Shown here one piece after another: positions 21,530 through 35,100 of a stretch of DNA of 64,000 nt. The notes under the pieces were generated by a model. It was not told where the DNA came from and did not search any database. It saw only the letters and a program-made list of their open reading frames with translations. Numbering within the stretch: position 1 is the stretch's first letter; each line of letters opens with the position of its first letter. The DNA comes from Schizochytrium sp. TIO01 (taxonomy: Eukaryota; Protista; Bigyra: Labyrinthulomycetes), in assembly GCA_004764695.1 (NCBI GenBank), contig SMSO01000031.1:6058761-6122760 (forward strand), in the 5' to 3' direction. The translations under genes were made by a program, and so were the position numbers.

Positions 21530-24500
21530 GTTTGCTCATGTATTAGCAATTGAGAGATAAAGGGGTTGTCTGGTAAATATTGCTTAACTACGTTGAAGAC
21601 TCTTCTTATGATTTGATCTTCAATTCACTTCCCTTTGTCGCAAGCTTTTGCTTGCAAAGGGATTAGGGATTTGCTTTCGCCAAAGTCAGACCAAAAGAGA
21701 CTTCATATATCGAAAGGCAAGCTGATCAATCCTCAAACTACAGCCCTAGAGGGTGTGAGTAAACCAGAAAGAGCACCTCACATCATCTGGTCTTTTGGAG
21801 GAAGAATGCACTTTCTCCTTTTAAAAAGTTTTTTTTTTAAAGTTTTTTTTTCTTGCAAATTCTTTGCTCTCGAAACCTTTTTCTTTGATGTTCTATTTTT
21901 ATGATTCCTGGCAGTCGGTGGAGGTACAAAGCGACTCGCTCACTTCTGAAATAGCCATCGCCTACTCCAAAGGCTCCTCTAAAGGCCCAGGCTTCAGCCT
22001 TTACTCCTCCAGTCCCCATAAGGATATTGCCAATCGGCGCCCGCTCGTTCGTTCATCCGTGTATCGGAGTCAAACGTTGGTCAAACAAGGACCCCCTTTG
22101 TGCATTCCAGAGCAGAAACCAGGTTCGCTAACTTTCATAAAATTTAATTTGCAAAATTGCTCTCTAAGCGAAAATATCCTCTCTCTACAGGCCCGGGCCT
22201 CCTCCCGCTCGCGCCAGTGACGGCGTTGACGACCCGGAGGCCCCGCCCTCTTGCTCCTCGCTCTTCCAATCGTTCTTCACGACTTTCTCAGCGCAAAGCT
22301 TTTCATACCTTCGTCATTTTCGCTCTCGGGACAGATAATGCCCGTCCTCATGCACATTTTCCAATCCATACGCCTATGAAAACCAACCCATCTTGAATGG
22401 GGACCAGGCCAGCGCCGGCCAATTGTAGACGTCGGCTGTCCTGGCCTGCTGATCAAAGTCTGGCTCAACGACCACGCGCCCGCCTCGCGATAAGCTGATC
22501 CAATGGATTTCCACGTTGTGAGCCAAAAAAATCTGTAGGTATCTGTGTTTCCATTCGCCGGCCACGCAAAACGAACCTCCATCTTTGGAAAGTGCGATGG
22601 CCCGAACTAAAAATGTTTATGTCATGATCTATAAATTTTAAAAATTGTTTTTAACTCTAAAAGAAATTATCAAGCAAACAAAAAATGAAGAAACAGACAA
22701 CAACCAAAAACGAAGAATAGAAAAGAACGCCCTTCTCCTGAAAACCTGAAAACTTCCTTCTTTCGCTTCACGCTGATGCAACGATAGGCCTACTTCCTAG
22801 TCCCATGCCCGAACGATGAAAGACCCTTTCGAGAGCTTTGCCAGCCGGAGACAAGTCTTCGCGCAGAGGGGACACCTTCGCACGCTTCCCCTCCGCAGGT
22901 CGTTTTCGCACCTCTTACTTTGAATGGACTTCTCTTTTCATTCTTCTTATCATTTTTCTTTGCCCGTAACTATAAAATGGGAACCCGGAGGCTGTGTTTT
23001 GCGTTGTATTAGTTTGCATCACACAAGCACTCCGAAAGTAAGCTCTTCAAAAGGAGGCATTTGCAGAAGGCACTCAAAAGCGAGAGCAGCGCGTTACAGC
23101 TCGCATGTGTCAAAGTTGGGCAACGTATGATCGTACATGGCATGTCCATGGCCAAGATGGCATTTGCTTAACCCGAAGGCCAGCTATCGATTGGCCTCGA
23201 AGACGTTTCAGAAGAGTTCGTCGCCGAGATGCTCAATCTGAGCCCGGCACATCTCTCACAGAAATGGTCACATGCTTGCCTGGTTGACGCGATTTAAGAA
23301 AGCATTCCCGCGCTCTTGCTCTCGGCCGGCTGTCTGTTAATGGCGTGGAATACACTGCAAACTCGTGGCAGCCTGGTTGTTGTTAGCGTAGATATCCAAC
23401 CTCGGATTTAGTGCTGCATCTTGCTTCAGAATTTAGCCAACGCAACGTGGCTTCTCCTGGCCAGATCCTCCAACAGATTCAAGAACCTGAGTGGATACCC
23501 GTAAATTTGTAAGAAGATTAGCTGTGTGTTTAAGTGGGCCGTGGTACATCAACTTTAGCCATTCGAACAACGTCTCAACGACCAAGTAAGCCTCCAAAAG
23601 TATAGTCATAAAGAGCTCCTTGAACACAGTGGTGGAGGTCCGCGCGAGAGCTCTCCACCTCGATGTCGAGATCCTATTTTTTATTAACAATAAACATACT
23701 TTTAGAAAAAAAAATGAAAAAAATATATATAAATTAAACTAACATTTTAAAAGTTATAACTGATTTGTTTTTTTTTTAAGATTAGGAAACTTGCCGGTTG
23801 TTCCAATTTTACTTTCTCTGTCCACAATAAGAATCAGTGGCGTTTAACAGGTGGCGTAGAGTATAACCAAAAGACGCCCAGCGGGAGCGAGCTGTAGAAC
23901 ATCTGCAAGAGTGAATGAAGGTTTGAATCTTAGTTTCTTTTATTAGCAAACTGGCCTTGAAGAATGCACCAAGATAGGTATTATAATGATAAGAATAATT
24001 GAAAACTTGCTGAAAACATTAATCAAGGTCTTTGGGGAAAGGGTCGAGGCAGCAAGCAGTTGGAAATGTACACGGTACTCAAATATCCAGGTAGCTCTCC
24101 CTGGTTCAAGTTATTTTTTATGGTTGCCTGTTCCGGTAGACCATAGTACGTGTAAATAAATGTCCTTTCTCAAACCTAAACCTGTCATCAGAATGCCAAC
24201 CTGAGGGGTTTATAAGCTTCAAAAATATACCAAACGGACTACGGACTACGGACTGGGCCAAGAAAAATGTTCAATGATCAGAGCTCCTCTGCGAATATAT
24301 GAATTTGAGCGGGCTGAAAATTTTACTCATTTCGTACATTTTGCAGCGTCACGAAAACAAAATACGAACCTAGTCACCTAGCTTGAACATAAACCATTCA
24401 CGTTTGCTACCGTTGATTTGGCGTCTGCGGTTCTGACGTTAGAAAATTAATTGCGGGGTTCATGCTCGCTGCATTTCATGTCCAATTCTATCACTGAGAA

Positions 24501-27500
24501 TAACCCAATAGATCCAAAGAATTCCAGATGCGAGCATGGCAAATGCAAAGGAGATGTCATAATCTTCAATGAAGTTTTACATTTTTAAAACGCTTTCGTA
24601 TAACAGCACAGGGCATTTCTCAAAATTGTGTCTCGCGACCCTTGTACGCACAAACTTTGCTCAACGCCAAGGTCCAAAGGGCTAAGAGACCCCATTTAAG
24701 CTATCTCGACCTCCGGCGTCGTGTGATACGTGCTGCTATTTAGCTATAATGTAATGTCCGACAAGGGTAGGTGCATTTGGCCGGAAAAGAGTGACTCTCA
24801 GCACTTTTTTTCTTTAAATTAAGAGAAACTTTATGCCAATCTTTTCTTCCTTCTTCCTTTTTTCTTCTCTCGGTAGTACTTAGATACCTCTACGCACTAT
24901 TCTTAGGTACGGGTGAACAAATGAAACACCAAATCATGGCCTCCCTACGAATACGCTCTGCCTTTCGTATCTCGATAGAAGAGGATGTTTCCTTGAGGCC
25001 TCTATGATTGATCTATAAAATCTCTTCAGGCCCTCCTGAACACTGCCGTCTTTTGATTGAATAATCAGTGGGGATAATCTGCACGATGCTGCCTCGTGAG
25101 GGTTCGAAAGAATAACCGGACAACCGCAGAACGACCTACTGCAAATAGCTCTCTCGAAGCAGTGGAGTTATAACAGATCACTTCTAAGACAACATAATTG
25201 CAGCTGGAGCATGACATATACACCGAAGCTAAGAGTCCAAACCACTGAGCATGCCTGCCAGGCTTGCTTGCTTGCTCGCTCGCTCGCGCGCTGGCCAGGT
25301 TGCCTGCCTCTCGATTAGCGCATACTTCCTTCCTCGACTTGGCCAAACTAATTTAACCCAGAAACCGCGTTGAACCAAAAGAGTTTTCCTCATCGCAGGC
25401 AGCCGAATCTCCAGCTCTCAACGCAACGACAAGGAGTATGTTTCGTGCAGTCTCTCCGCTCGCCGCTCCATGCAGTCTCATATCCCGCAAACTCCTTCTC
25501 CCAAGTGATATGGCGCGGGAATTCCGCGCCACTGCGTGTACCCACGGTTCTTTTAGAACCTAGGCAAGCAAGCAAGCAAGTAAGAAAGCAAGCAAGCAAC
25601 GCAACAAAAACCAGTGCAGGTGCTCCAGCTACAGAGCGAACGAGCAAGCTCCATGCTCTGCCTGAACCAAGTCCACTCCAGTGTCAAGTCGTAAGAACCC
25701 TCAGAGGCCCTGCCTGCCTGCGTGCGGAATTACAGCCAACGACCAACTGCAGCAAGAGAGGGAAATGCGATGAAGGTCATTCTGCCTGGAGGGAACTTTT
25801 TACCATATCAAGCGCACTTCTTTAGCGGCACTTGCAAAGCCAGGACTGCGAATGCCTTTGGAGAGACGAGTGAGAGATGTAGAATGAAGACCAGAAATCT
25901 GCCTCAAACCGCCGTCAGAGCCAAGAGAACTAACTCGCTTGCCTCCGTGACATGCTGCAATTGCACAGCGGAACTAGCTTTCGCTCGCATACCACTGCAG
26001 CCGTATGATAGAACCGAGCACGTTTTCTATTGCAGAATGGCAAGATCGCGAGGTTGGAACCCTGCGCAAGTGACAAAAGATTGATCTATTCGCACGTGCT
26101 GTTTCATCTTAAAAAACCTATTCCCCCCTTTTTTCTACCATGAAAAGGCACCTACCCTACCTACCTAAAAGGGTAAAGAAACATGTTTGTTTAAAGGCCT
26201 ATAAATAGTAAATAAAAAGAAGTAAAAATAAAAGTGAAAATTCCTAGTCCGACTTGGACAGTTAACGGATACCTGTCATCCTGCAAGCTCTCTATGGAGG
26301 ACTTCAATGATGTTGCAACAGCAAATGATGCGCAGGAATTCTGCTAATTTTAGTACTCGGCGCAAATTCTGCATCAAACATCAGCGTGCGCAACGATGAT
26401 GGCATATGAATTCGTATGACTGATGTAATGCTGGTTGCGTCCGTGGTTTGGGGAAACATAAGTTTTCCTCACGTCTAGCGACCCACCCTTTGATTTTGAG
26501 ATGTTGCCATGCTCTCTACGAAGGAGACACCTCTAACAAAGGGGGAGAGAATTCTGGGAAGCAGGGATTGACTTTTGGTGGCTTAATTCTTTCACGTGCC
26601 AGGCGCCATGGAAACTACCTAGTACCAAACAGAGAGAAAGCATTAGCTTTGTTTACTTATTCCACCCTTTCTACTCTTGGTAGGTGGTACCTTCCTAGGG
26701 TAGGGTAGTTCATTGTAAACAAAATATTATAGAGATTCGGGCGCGGAAGCGGCCCTGCGCACAAACAGAAGTTGCATCTATATTCTTTTCTTCAGTCTGA
26801 CAGTTTCTTATGTTTGGTAGCTGAAGGGAGTACATCCTTGTCATCTTATTGCGTAACCTAAACATGACTGTAGAGGCAGGTGTCATCATCAAAGATTATA
26901 ATGATATGTATTTCCTCCTTTTTATATAATTCTTCCTGGCACGTAAAGTTTAACCTGCAAAACTTGCATTCCTATGGTGACAAAGTGGGGCCGTTAAGGC
27001 CCAATCGCGGGTTAAAAATCGACCCGCGACTCAAAGACAATTCGTAGTTCATACTATTGCATAGGTAGCGCTAAAGTATGCTTCTGACAGCCTGGATATC
27101 ACGATCAGCTACATGTTTGCAATTTTGGAGACATTAGAAAACCTGGGATGTTGGGATGTTCCGAGATTGTCGTGGACGCTCATTTATTTCATGATTTTCA
27201 AGTCCGAATAACCAGTTTACACCACTGGCAGGAGAAAAGCTCGGCTTTGTGAATGAGCGGTTGGCGGAATTCAATAACAAATCATTCGAGCTGTCTTGAG
27301 TTTGATCCGTTTTGTTAACTTGTTGATGCCAATTCCAAAGAGGAATCAATCAGGAAGATACTATACCGAAATAGCAAATGCACGTTAATGTTTAGGTTAT
27401 GAATATCGGAGATGCATGTGATGATGTTTCAGTGGGCCAGTGGTACACGGTATCCTATAGCATTTCCCTTCTTTGTACTTTTAGGTCGGTTTCAGATTGA

Positions 27501-29183
27501 TTATTCGTACGATGACTGAGTGACTCGTGCTTCAATTAGACAAATAGATCATTCTGTGGTTAAAACATTTGAATATTCAAATGCTGTTAGTATAACCTAA
27601 ACTGAAATGCATGCTCAGCGGAGAAGATGATGTGAGTGTATTACCGTATATTGATTACCTTCTTGGAACTTAGCATTCTCTAGAGTTTTGATCTTGAAAG
27701 GGCAGAATGAACTTTGCACTCGTGCTGTGACTTTGGAATGCTCTCTAGAGAACGTTTACACACCTTTGGGTTTTAAACCTAGGCACTCTCCGAGCTCACC
27801 TCGAAACTTGTTTTGTTATTATTATTATTATCATTATTAAATTAAAGAATAGCCTCCCAACAAATCCTAACTAGCAAGATTACATCTAGAAAAGAACATT
27901 TCCAATGACATATTTCTGGGCCTGATGCTAATGTACAAGGCGTAGAGACCAACGCCAGACTCGTCTGTGCGATAAGATTGAGAAAGTGGAGCAAGTCGCT
28001 ACTAGCCAAATCTTCAGAAACTGTCAACTATAATCTAGCTTAATGAACACATTTCTACGTACACAATAGAATAAACCAGGAAGCCTACAATCGCTCTTGT
28101 TAGGGATGTTTGTGAGAAAAGAAGAAATTAAACATGAAATAGTGGATTATGATGCATGTTATGGGCTTGTTGTTTATTGATTCCAGGGAAGGTTACTTAA
28201 CATTGCATTAAAGTTCTAAGAAATGTAGGTATTGGCGGATTAGTAGCAAGGTTCCTAACTTGACTGTATCTTGTAAATTCAATCGCTTGAGACATATAAA
28301 CATAAGAAACAAAATATTCTACTGTACCTCTGAAAACGTTAGAACTTTTAAACCTCCAAATGGTAGTGACCATTCCATATAAATGATTAACTATAATTAT
28401 TTAGGTCCTTTTTTTTAAGATTCTTAGGTATAAGCAAATGAAAGGGCTAAGCTCCAAACACTACACGTGAATCAAATCCAGACGCCTCTGCCGTCTACAA
28501 AGAGATCGATAGAGGGTTCATTACAAAAGGCCTGGCTTGCGCGCCCTACCGGACTACCGAGAGTCACCGCAATCTTCCACTTTAGCTCTGCGAAAACTAC
28601 GATGTTATCGTTTTGCCTAAATCTGAAACCTACATTGAAACAAACTAATGGTATTGCTTGAATATTCGTTTTTCTTTCTCTTTTTATTTTTTCAATTTTG
28701 AAAAAACAATTAAAAAATTCTATTGTTATTGTTGTATTGTGTTGTGCCAGAAAAGCTCTGGTTCTAATACATGTCCGCTACTTCACTTGGTCCAAAGCAA
28801 TGCATCACCTCCCAAAATTATTCTTTCGACAGAGATCTAGGTGCTATGCTGAATTTGATCCTGTCTCTCTAGTTGGTTGGAGTTATTCTCAGAACTTTCT
28901 TCCTCCTTGGTTTCGCAGCGACTTGTACTATCTTGTACTGAGAGACTTTCTGTGGATATTGACTGAAAGAGTACCTTTGAAATTTTCACCACAGGCTGAG
29001 ACGGTGTCGCGAGACCAGCTGCTATCATCTGATCCCAATTTTTAGACCTGAGAAGATTTGATTCCAGCTATGGAAAAAACAGAGAAGACTTCGATAGCCG
29101 CGTGTCAGCAGAAGGGCATTTCACTTGTGGCATTGTGGTATGAAAGATATCTGGCATCACCTTTTGCAAAAACTTTGTTATTT

Positions 29184-32100
29184 TCAAGTATTGCCTTTAC
29201 TCAGATTTTGCGAAGATCGAGAGGATCTTCTAGTATTATTCTTAGTGGAACTGTTGCTGGAGGAAGCACGGGGTCGTTTTCCACTCGGGATGTCAGCAAT
29301 AGAAGACGGTCGTTGACCATCAGTAGCATTCGCATTGTTATTCCCAGATCTTCGTCTTTTTCCAAGGGAACCATCGCGGGGATCCTCAAGATGTGAAGGG
29401 CTAGAGAACTTACGAGGGCGCTTTCCTTGCTGACTATGTGACGGAGGAGACAGTTCTGAAGTGTTGCTAATCGCTCCTTCTTCTCTTTCTGTTCTCCTCT
29501 TTGCAGAGTCATCAGATATCATGCTTGCTTCCTCGTCTGAGTTCTCGGACTGAGAAGACCCTTCAACAATTTCCATGCTGCTACTTCCTTTACGTAAACA
29601 TAAAATGTAATCATCGAATTCATCCTTCATTTGAAGATGAAGAATTTCATTCTCTCGATGCGAAAGTTCAGCCTCTGCAGATCCCTCATCCTTTAGCTGT
29701 TTAAGCCATGTAATTGATCCTTCGTCCTTCTTTCGCACAATTATTCCTAGCAATGCATTCGGGATCACCACAGGAAGATGAAACGACAAATCATTGAGAT
29801 AGGGATAGTCGCTTATGATGCTCTCCCTTGGAGAAACTTCAACCATGCACAACGCAAGTACTTTCTTTTCTGTTTCACTGTTAGGAATTGATCTCAGTAA
29901 GCGCGCCTTCAAGTCGTTGGCCCAAAGCTCGGTACTTGCGTCATAAACCGAAGGAATTCTATTGGACATAATTTCCATAAATGAGAGTCTGTATTCCTTC
30001 AAACAAGAGAATTCATCGAGAGAATTATTGATGGCCAGATACCAATCCAATAGGTTTTGTGCATTTGAATCATCCTCTGGTAGAGACCTGCATTTGAGAT
30101 TTGTTTTGCAATGATACAGGTGGTTGACCTTCAAACAAACGAGCCCTTCCTCGTCTAAAAGATGATTAAACTCGACATCTTCCCAGAACGTCTTGCAAGG
30201 GTAGAATATCTCTCTTCGCACTGTCTCCTCGACGTTTAGAAAAACAAATGAGTAAACTGAGTACGTCACCTGGAAAGGCTTCAAAGGGTCATTAAGAGAT
30301 CCGTGAGGGTCTCGCCGAATACCAATCAGACCATACTTATTGGCTCCGCCGGTCACCTCATCTCTATTTTCAGCTAGATTTCTTTCGCTCACACGAGGTG
30401 GTGGTTCCAACCGTAACAGAGATTCTGGGGTTTTCATCTGTTTGTATTCACCCTTCGGTATCGGCTCAGCTTTATGATCATTAAGAACAATCTTCTCAAT
30501 CTTGTTCATGACTGAATCAAAAGAACACGCCTCCATACCTTCTCGATTTTCGTTTTTATCTGATTGATCTTCGAGATTTTGTTGTTGAAAACAAAGATTG
30601 ACGTTGTCATCCAGAAGCCATACCCACTTCAGACCTAGAGCGGAAGACAAAAGCTGAATGAATAAACGCGCATACCCAATCCCTCCCCCCTTTGCTGACA
30701 CCGTGTCTCCGGGTTGGTATTTAGAATCCATTCTATCAGGCATCCCGATAATGACATATGCAGAGCCAAAGATGTCTCTGTAATTGTCAAATTGTTCTCC
30801 GGACCTGACTACCAGACATACTACTGTTTTCAAGCCATCTGCTTCAGGCAAGGCACCTCGATAGTCTAAAAGTGCTGTTCCTGCCCGGTTGTAAGATGGA
30901 ACAAAAACCCACCGATGCGTTTGTGCACCATCCTGGAGATGTAAACTATTGTCGTGACTTAAGCGAATCGGATTAAACGATGATCTGTCGTCGTATGATA
31001 TCCCGTGAAAGCCATCTATTGGGATTGACAAAGCAGGAATGTTTGGGAGAACATGAGCCGTGCCTTCAACTGACACTGAGACATTCTCGTACAGCGAAGA
31101 GCCTTTGTTGTAGGCTTGATTAAAAGAATTGGTCACTGGGCGAGCAGCGAATTCAGTGTAGGCATTATCCGAGACTACCTCTACCTCAACTGGCTGGCTG
31201 TTCGTATCAACAGAACTTAATTGCTTGTGTCTTGGTGCACCTGCATAGTCCATCTTTGCACTGGTTACACAGTCCCAGAGAGACGCTTGCACATGCGCTT
31301 GAGCTTTACGAAGAATCTTTATAGGATCTAGGCAGTTCTCTTTCATGTTCATCTTCGCTATTGATTCATTTGCAAAATTGACAAAATCTTCGTTCTCGGA
31401 ATCTGATGTCCAGCTCTCGAATGCAGATTTAACAGCTGGATCTTTTGTAAATCTGCCGTCATAATTGATACACTTTTGCAAAGTAGTGCTGTCCAGCACA
31501 GAAGGCGGATCAAGCTTGACTGGGCAGTCCTCATTACGGCAAGCAGCTTCGAGTGCCTCAACTTTTTTTATACCGATTTTAGTCTGGATAGCTTCGCCAG
31601 ATTCCTCACGCAAGTATTTCAGATATGTGTCAAGCCAACTTTTTGCTTTTTGTGAAGAACTAACAAGAAGCATGAGTGTTCGCTGCTGCATCGCATTGCG
31701 ATGGTACTGTCCTTTGGCAGGGTGATTATAGAAGTTGCGTAGTGGACTTTGAATTGAAACTGTAAGGTCTTTCCAGTACGGAAAAATGCAATGCTGCGAT
31801 CTTACAAGAGGGAGGGCCTCCGGAACAACCGGCTCTTCAAAGTTAATTGCATTCTTGAGCAGACGAATGAAATGCAGATATGTTCCTGTTTTACCCTGCT
31901 GGCACTGAGCCATCAGAAGCAAGCGTTTGGGATCTTCGTCTTTGCCAGGCGTGCGCCCGACATCGTAATGTGGATCTCTGGCTGTCGCCTCTGGTTTTGG
32001 AACTAAAGTTTTCCGATACGACTCGATGCTATGCAAAGGATTGGTCACCGACAGCTTACCTTTGATATATTCACATTTAAAGCCTTGAAGTTGACCTTTC

Positions 32101-35100
32101 CTCTGCACGTACTTATCAACATCACCTGGAATGCATTGATCAATACGGTTTCCACCCCAACAATGCTCATACTTGTTCTCAATGGCTTGTGCAATCTGGG
32201 TTTTGAAGCGTTCAGGGCTCATTAGTACAGTCGGCAACACATGAACGTACATACGAACCTTCCAAGTTCCTCGCAGAGGCAGGTTCCCTGATGACTCTCT
32301 CTGACGAAGCTCCTGGGAAAAACGATCTTCTAGCTGCCGTTGTGAATCCGCATGAAAGCAGACATTATTTCCAGGATCAGATACAGCTACACTTCCACAG
32401 TCTATGAAGAATCTTTGTAACCAGATACCGATCTCCTCAATCTCAATCTTCACGTCATTCTCGTTCTCAATGACACCGTTACCGTTAACGCGAACTTCAA
32501 TATCACGAAAACCATCTTCATCTTTTCGCAAAGCTGGATAGCGACAGACACGACCAAACTCCTGGACAAATGTCGAATACGTTTTAGAAGATCGCAAACG
32601 CAAGTCAAGAAAACGCAACGAATGAGGGAATGTGTCCCCCATTCGTCCCTTTTCACACAAAATAACGATGGTGGGGAGATTCTCGAGGTCTTCATACTTT
32701 GCAGCTGCTTCCTTTTGTTTCGGGGCTCTCCCGCTACGAGTCTTATGCGAAGTTAGATTTTGCTCTGACGCCGCTCCCTGGTGCTTTTTAACACGCTCCC
32801 TTATTCCTTCGCGAGGACTGGAGCTGGCGGCTTGTTCAAATGGGTGCCGTAAATCGCGTTCCAGAGTCCATGTTTCTACTTGCTTATGTAAGCTTGTACC
32901 ACTACGGGTTCTGCCACGACCAGATTTCTGTTTGGATTCATGCCCACCAATATCTCCTACAACGCTTAAAACACCACCTTTGTTTATATCATCACTTGTG
33001 AGTTTAAGTCGTTTCAGAGCACTACGAAGGCCATCTTGGACCGACAAGTTCTCATCTGACTCGTAAACACGGATAACAGCCATACGCCCCGTGCGATACT
33101 TTGGGTGGATGTCTAAAAGGTCGTATACAAGACGATCAGTCTCATTATACCATTCTTCAGATGTGTTATCCTGCTCAGAACTTAGGTCTTCATTATGACG
33201 TTTGAGCTTTGACCAAATGATGTATTTCCATACAGCTCTCCATACGTGTTCTGAAAAGTTCCAATTGTCTAATTCAGCATCCTCTAATTCACTCTGATCT
33301 GTTTCGTTTATCATTTTTTCCAAGTTGTGCCTTTCGTCTGAAGAAAGGACCTCCTGAAACATTGATCTCTCCATTTCCTTTTGACCTTCAGATTCATTAG
33401 AGTCGGCAGCTGGACGTATAAGAGCAAAAAGTTCGCCCAAAGCTGTTCGACGAAGTGCATTTAGTAAAACGTCCATGACATGTTGTACGTCAGCCATCCC
33501 GGTTGCTGCTCTAAATTTAGTCACTGTCTCATCGGGCTGATCAAACCCCAGGATCTCGGCAAAACCAAGCATCTGCGCAAACTCCCTTAACTTAGATTCA
33601 TCTCTCACGCATGTTAAGTTGTCTTTTTTTGGAAGAAAAATGTCCTCCGCAGTCTCCATGGCCTTTGTGTCGAATAAATGTTCCCGGTCCACGCGATATA
33701 TAGCCAAGAACGTTAGAGACAAGATATAGTCTGTCATGAGAATATGACCATTATAAAGTGGCACATTCTTTGCGATGCTTTTGCTTGTTTTACGCGCTCT
33801 GCCAAGGCGTTTACCAAAGTTCGCATCTGTCTCACATATAGAAAGGAAGGTTTGGAAAGTGTTGTCACTGAGCACCTTTTGTCGCCTCCTTGGTAGGCAA
33901 TCTACATCGACAAAGAGACCTTTTCTCTTTCTTTCCTCTCCATCCATATCACATAGAATGGGCATCCCACTGGCCATGACATCGAGATATTTTTTATTTC
34001 TATGTCTCGGTGCTCTAATTTTTTTGTCAAAGTCATCTTTGGAAAACCCCAGCCAGGTAAGAATACCCGTGTCTGGATCAAAGTTAGAATCATCAAATTC
34101 TAAGAGACGGAATGGGTATCTCACTTTCAATTTCGTCTCGCCATTTCCAACAACTTCTACAGAAAACGTCATTGCACCAGAATTTTTAGTTCTGGGGGGA
34201 AGGTGCGCAAATTTATCTGACTTCGCCAGGGTTTCGTCAACAAGACTATGGAGAACTCTTACGTATGATCCGTAATCATGCATAGGAAAACGAAAGGTGC
34301 GATTATCATGGCCATGAACCGGAATCTCGCCACTGCTTGAAGGGGCCCTCGCACCGGCTATCAGATTGAAGCGTAGGTTGCTAACCTTTGCAGGAATAGC
34401 CCATGTTGCTGTCTCCACATAGTAGTCCATACTTCGATATAGAGAGGTCGCATTATACCAAGTAACAACGTTATTTTTGGGAATACGGGTGCATGAAGTT
34501 AAAGCATTCTGGGGTGTTGCAGAGACGAGTAGACGCAGGACACATGCACCTTTCACTTTCTTGATCTCCTTGTTTTCTGTGTTTTCCGTCTTTTCCGTGT
34601 TCTCTGTGGCTTCCTTAATTTTCTCATTCAAGAGTTGGTGATGTGCACCATTCAGTCCTGGCCCATGGTGACATTCATCTGCAACGATCAAAATCAGGTT
34701 TCGCTCATTCTCAGCCAAAGCCTGTAGCTGCTTCAACTGTTCGTTGACTGCGGGTTTCGGTTCCATTGTGTATTTCATGACATGTCCATCTGTCAGCATT
34801 GCAGCTTCAACTCGTTCTTTTGTTTGCTGTAAAAGTGAGTTGAAGTTTGGCACGAGAATGACAAAATGCACACGGTCAAACATTGTAGCCAACTTAGAGG
34901 GACTTTTGGAGCCAGTTAGAACCTCACAGGCTTTCTCAAAAAGCTTTTCGGCGACTTCGCGCTGTTCTGGATGAGCGAGGCCTTGGCTACCCTCTTCTCG
35001 TTCAGGGATTTCGTTGTCCTGCTCACTTTGAGCATACTCTGATGGCAGTGTAATTTCGACGGCAGGAATACTTTCACCGGACTGGTCAGGTTTCGTCACC

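Noticed and set aside
22195-22243. GC-rich hairpin GGGCCTCC...GGAGGCCC
   Set aside because: An 8-bp stem is expected by chance in 64 kb, and no ncRNA family is recognisable.
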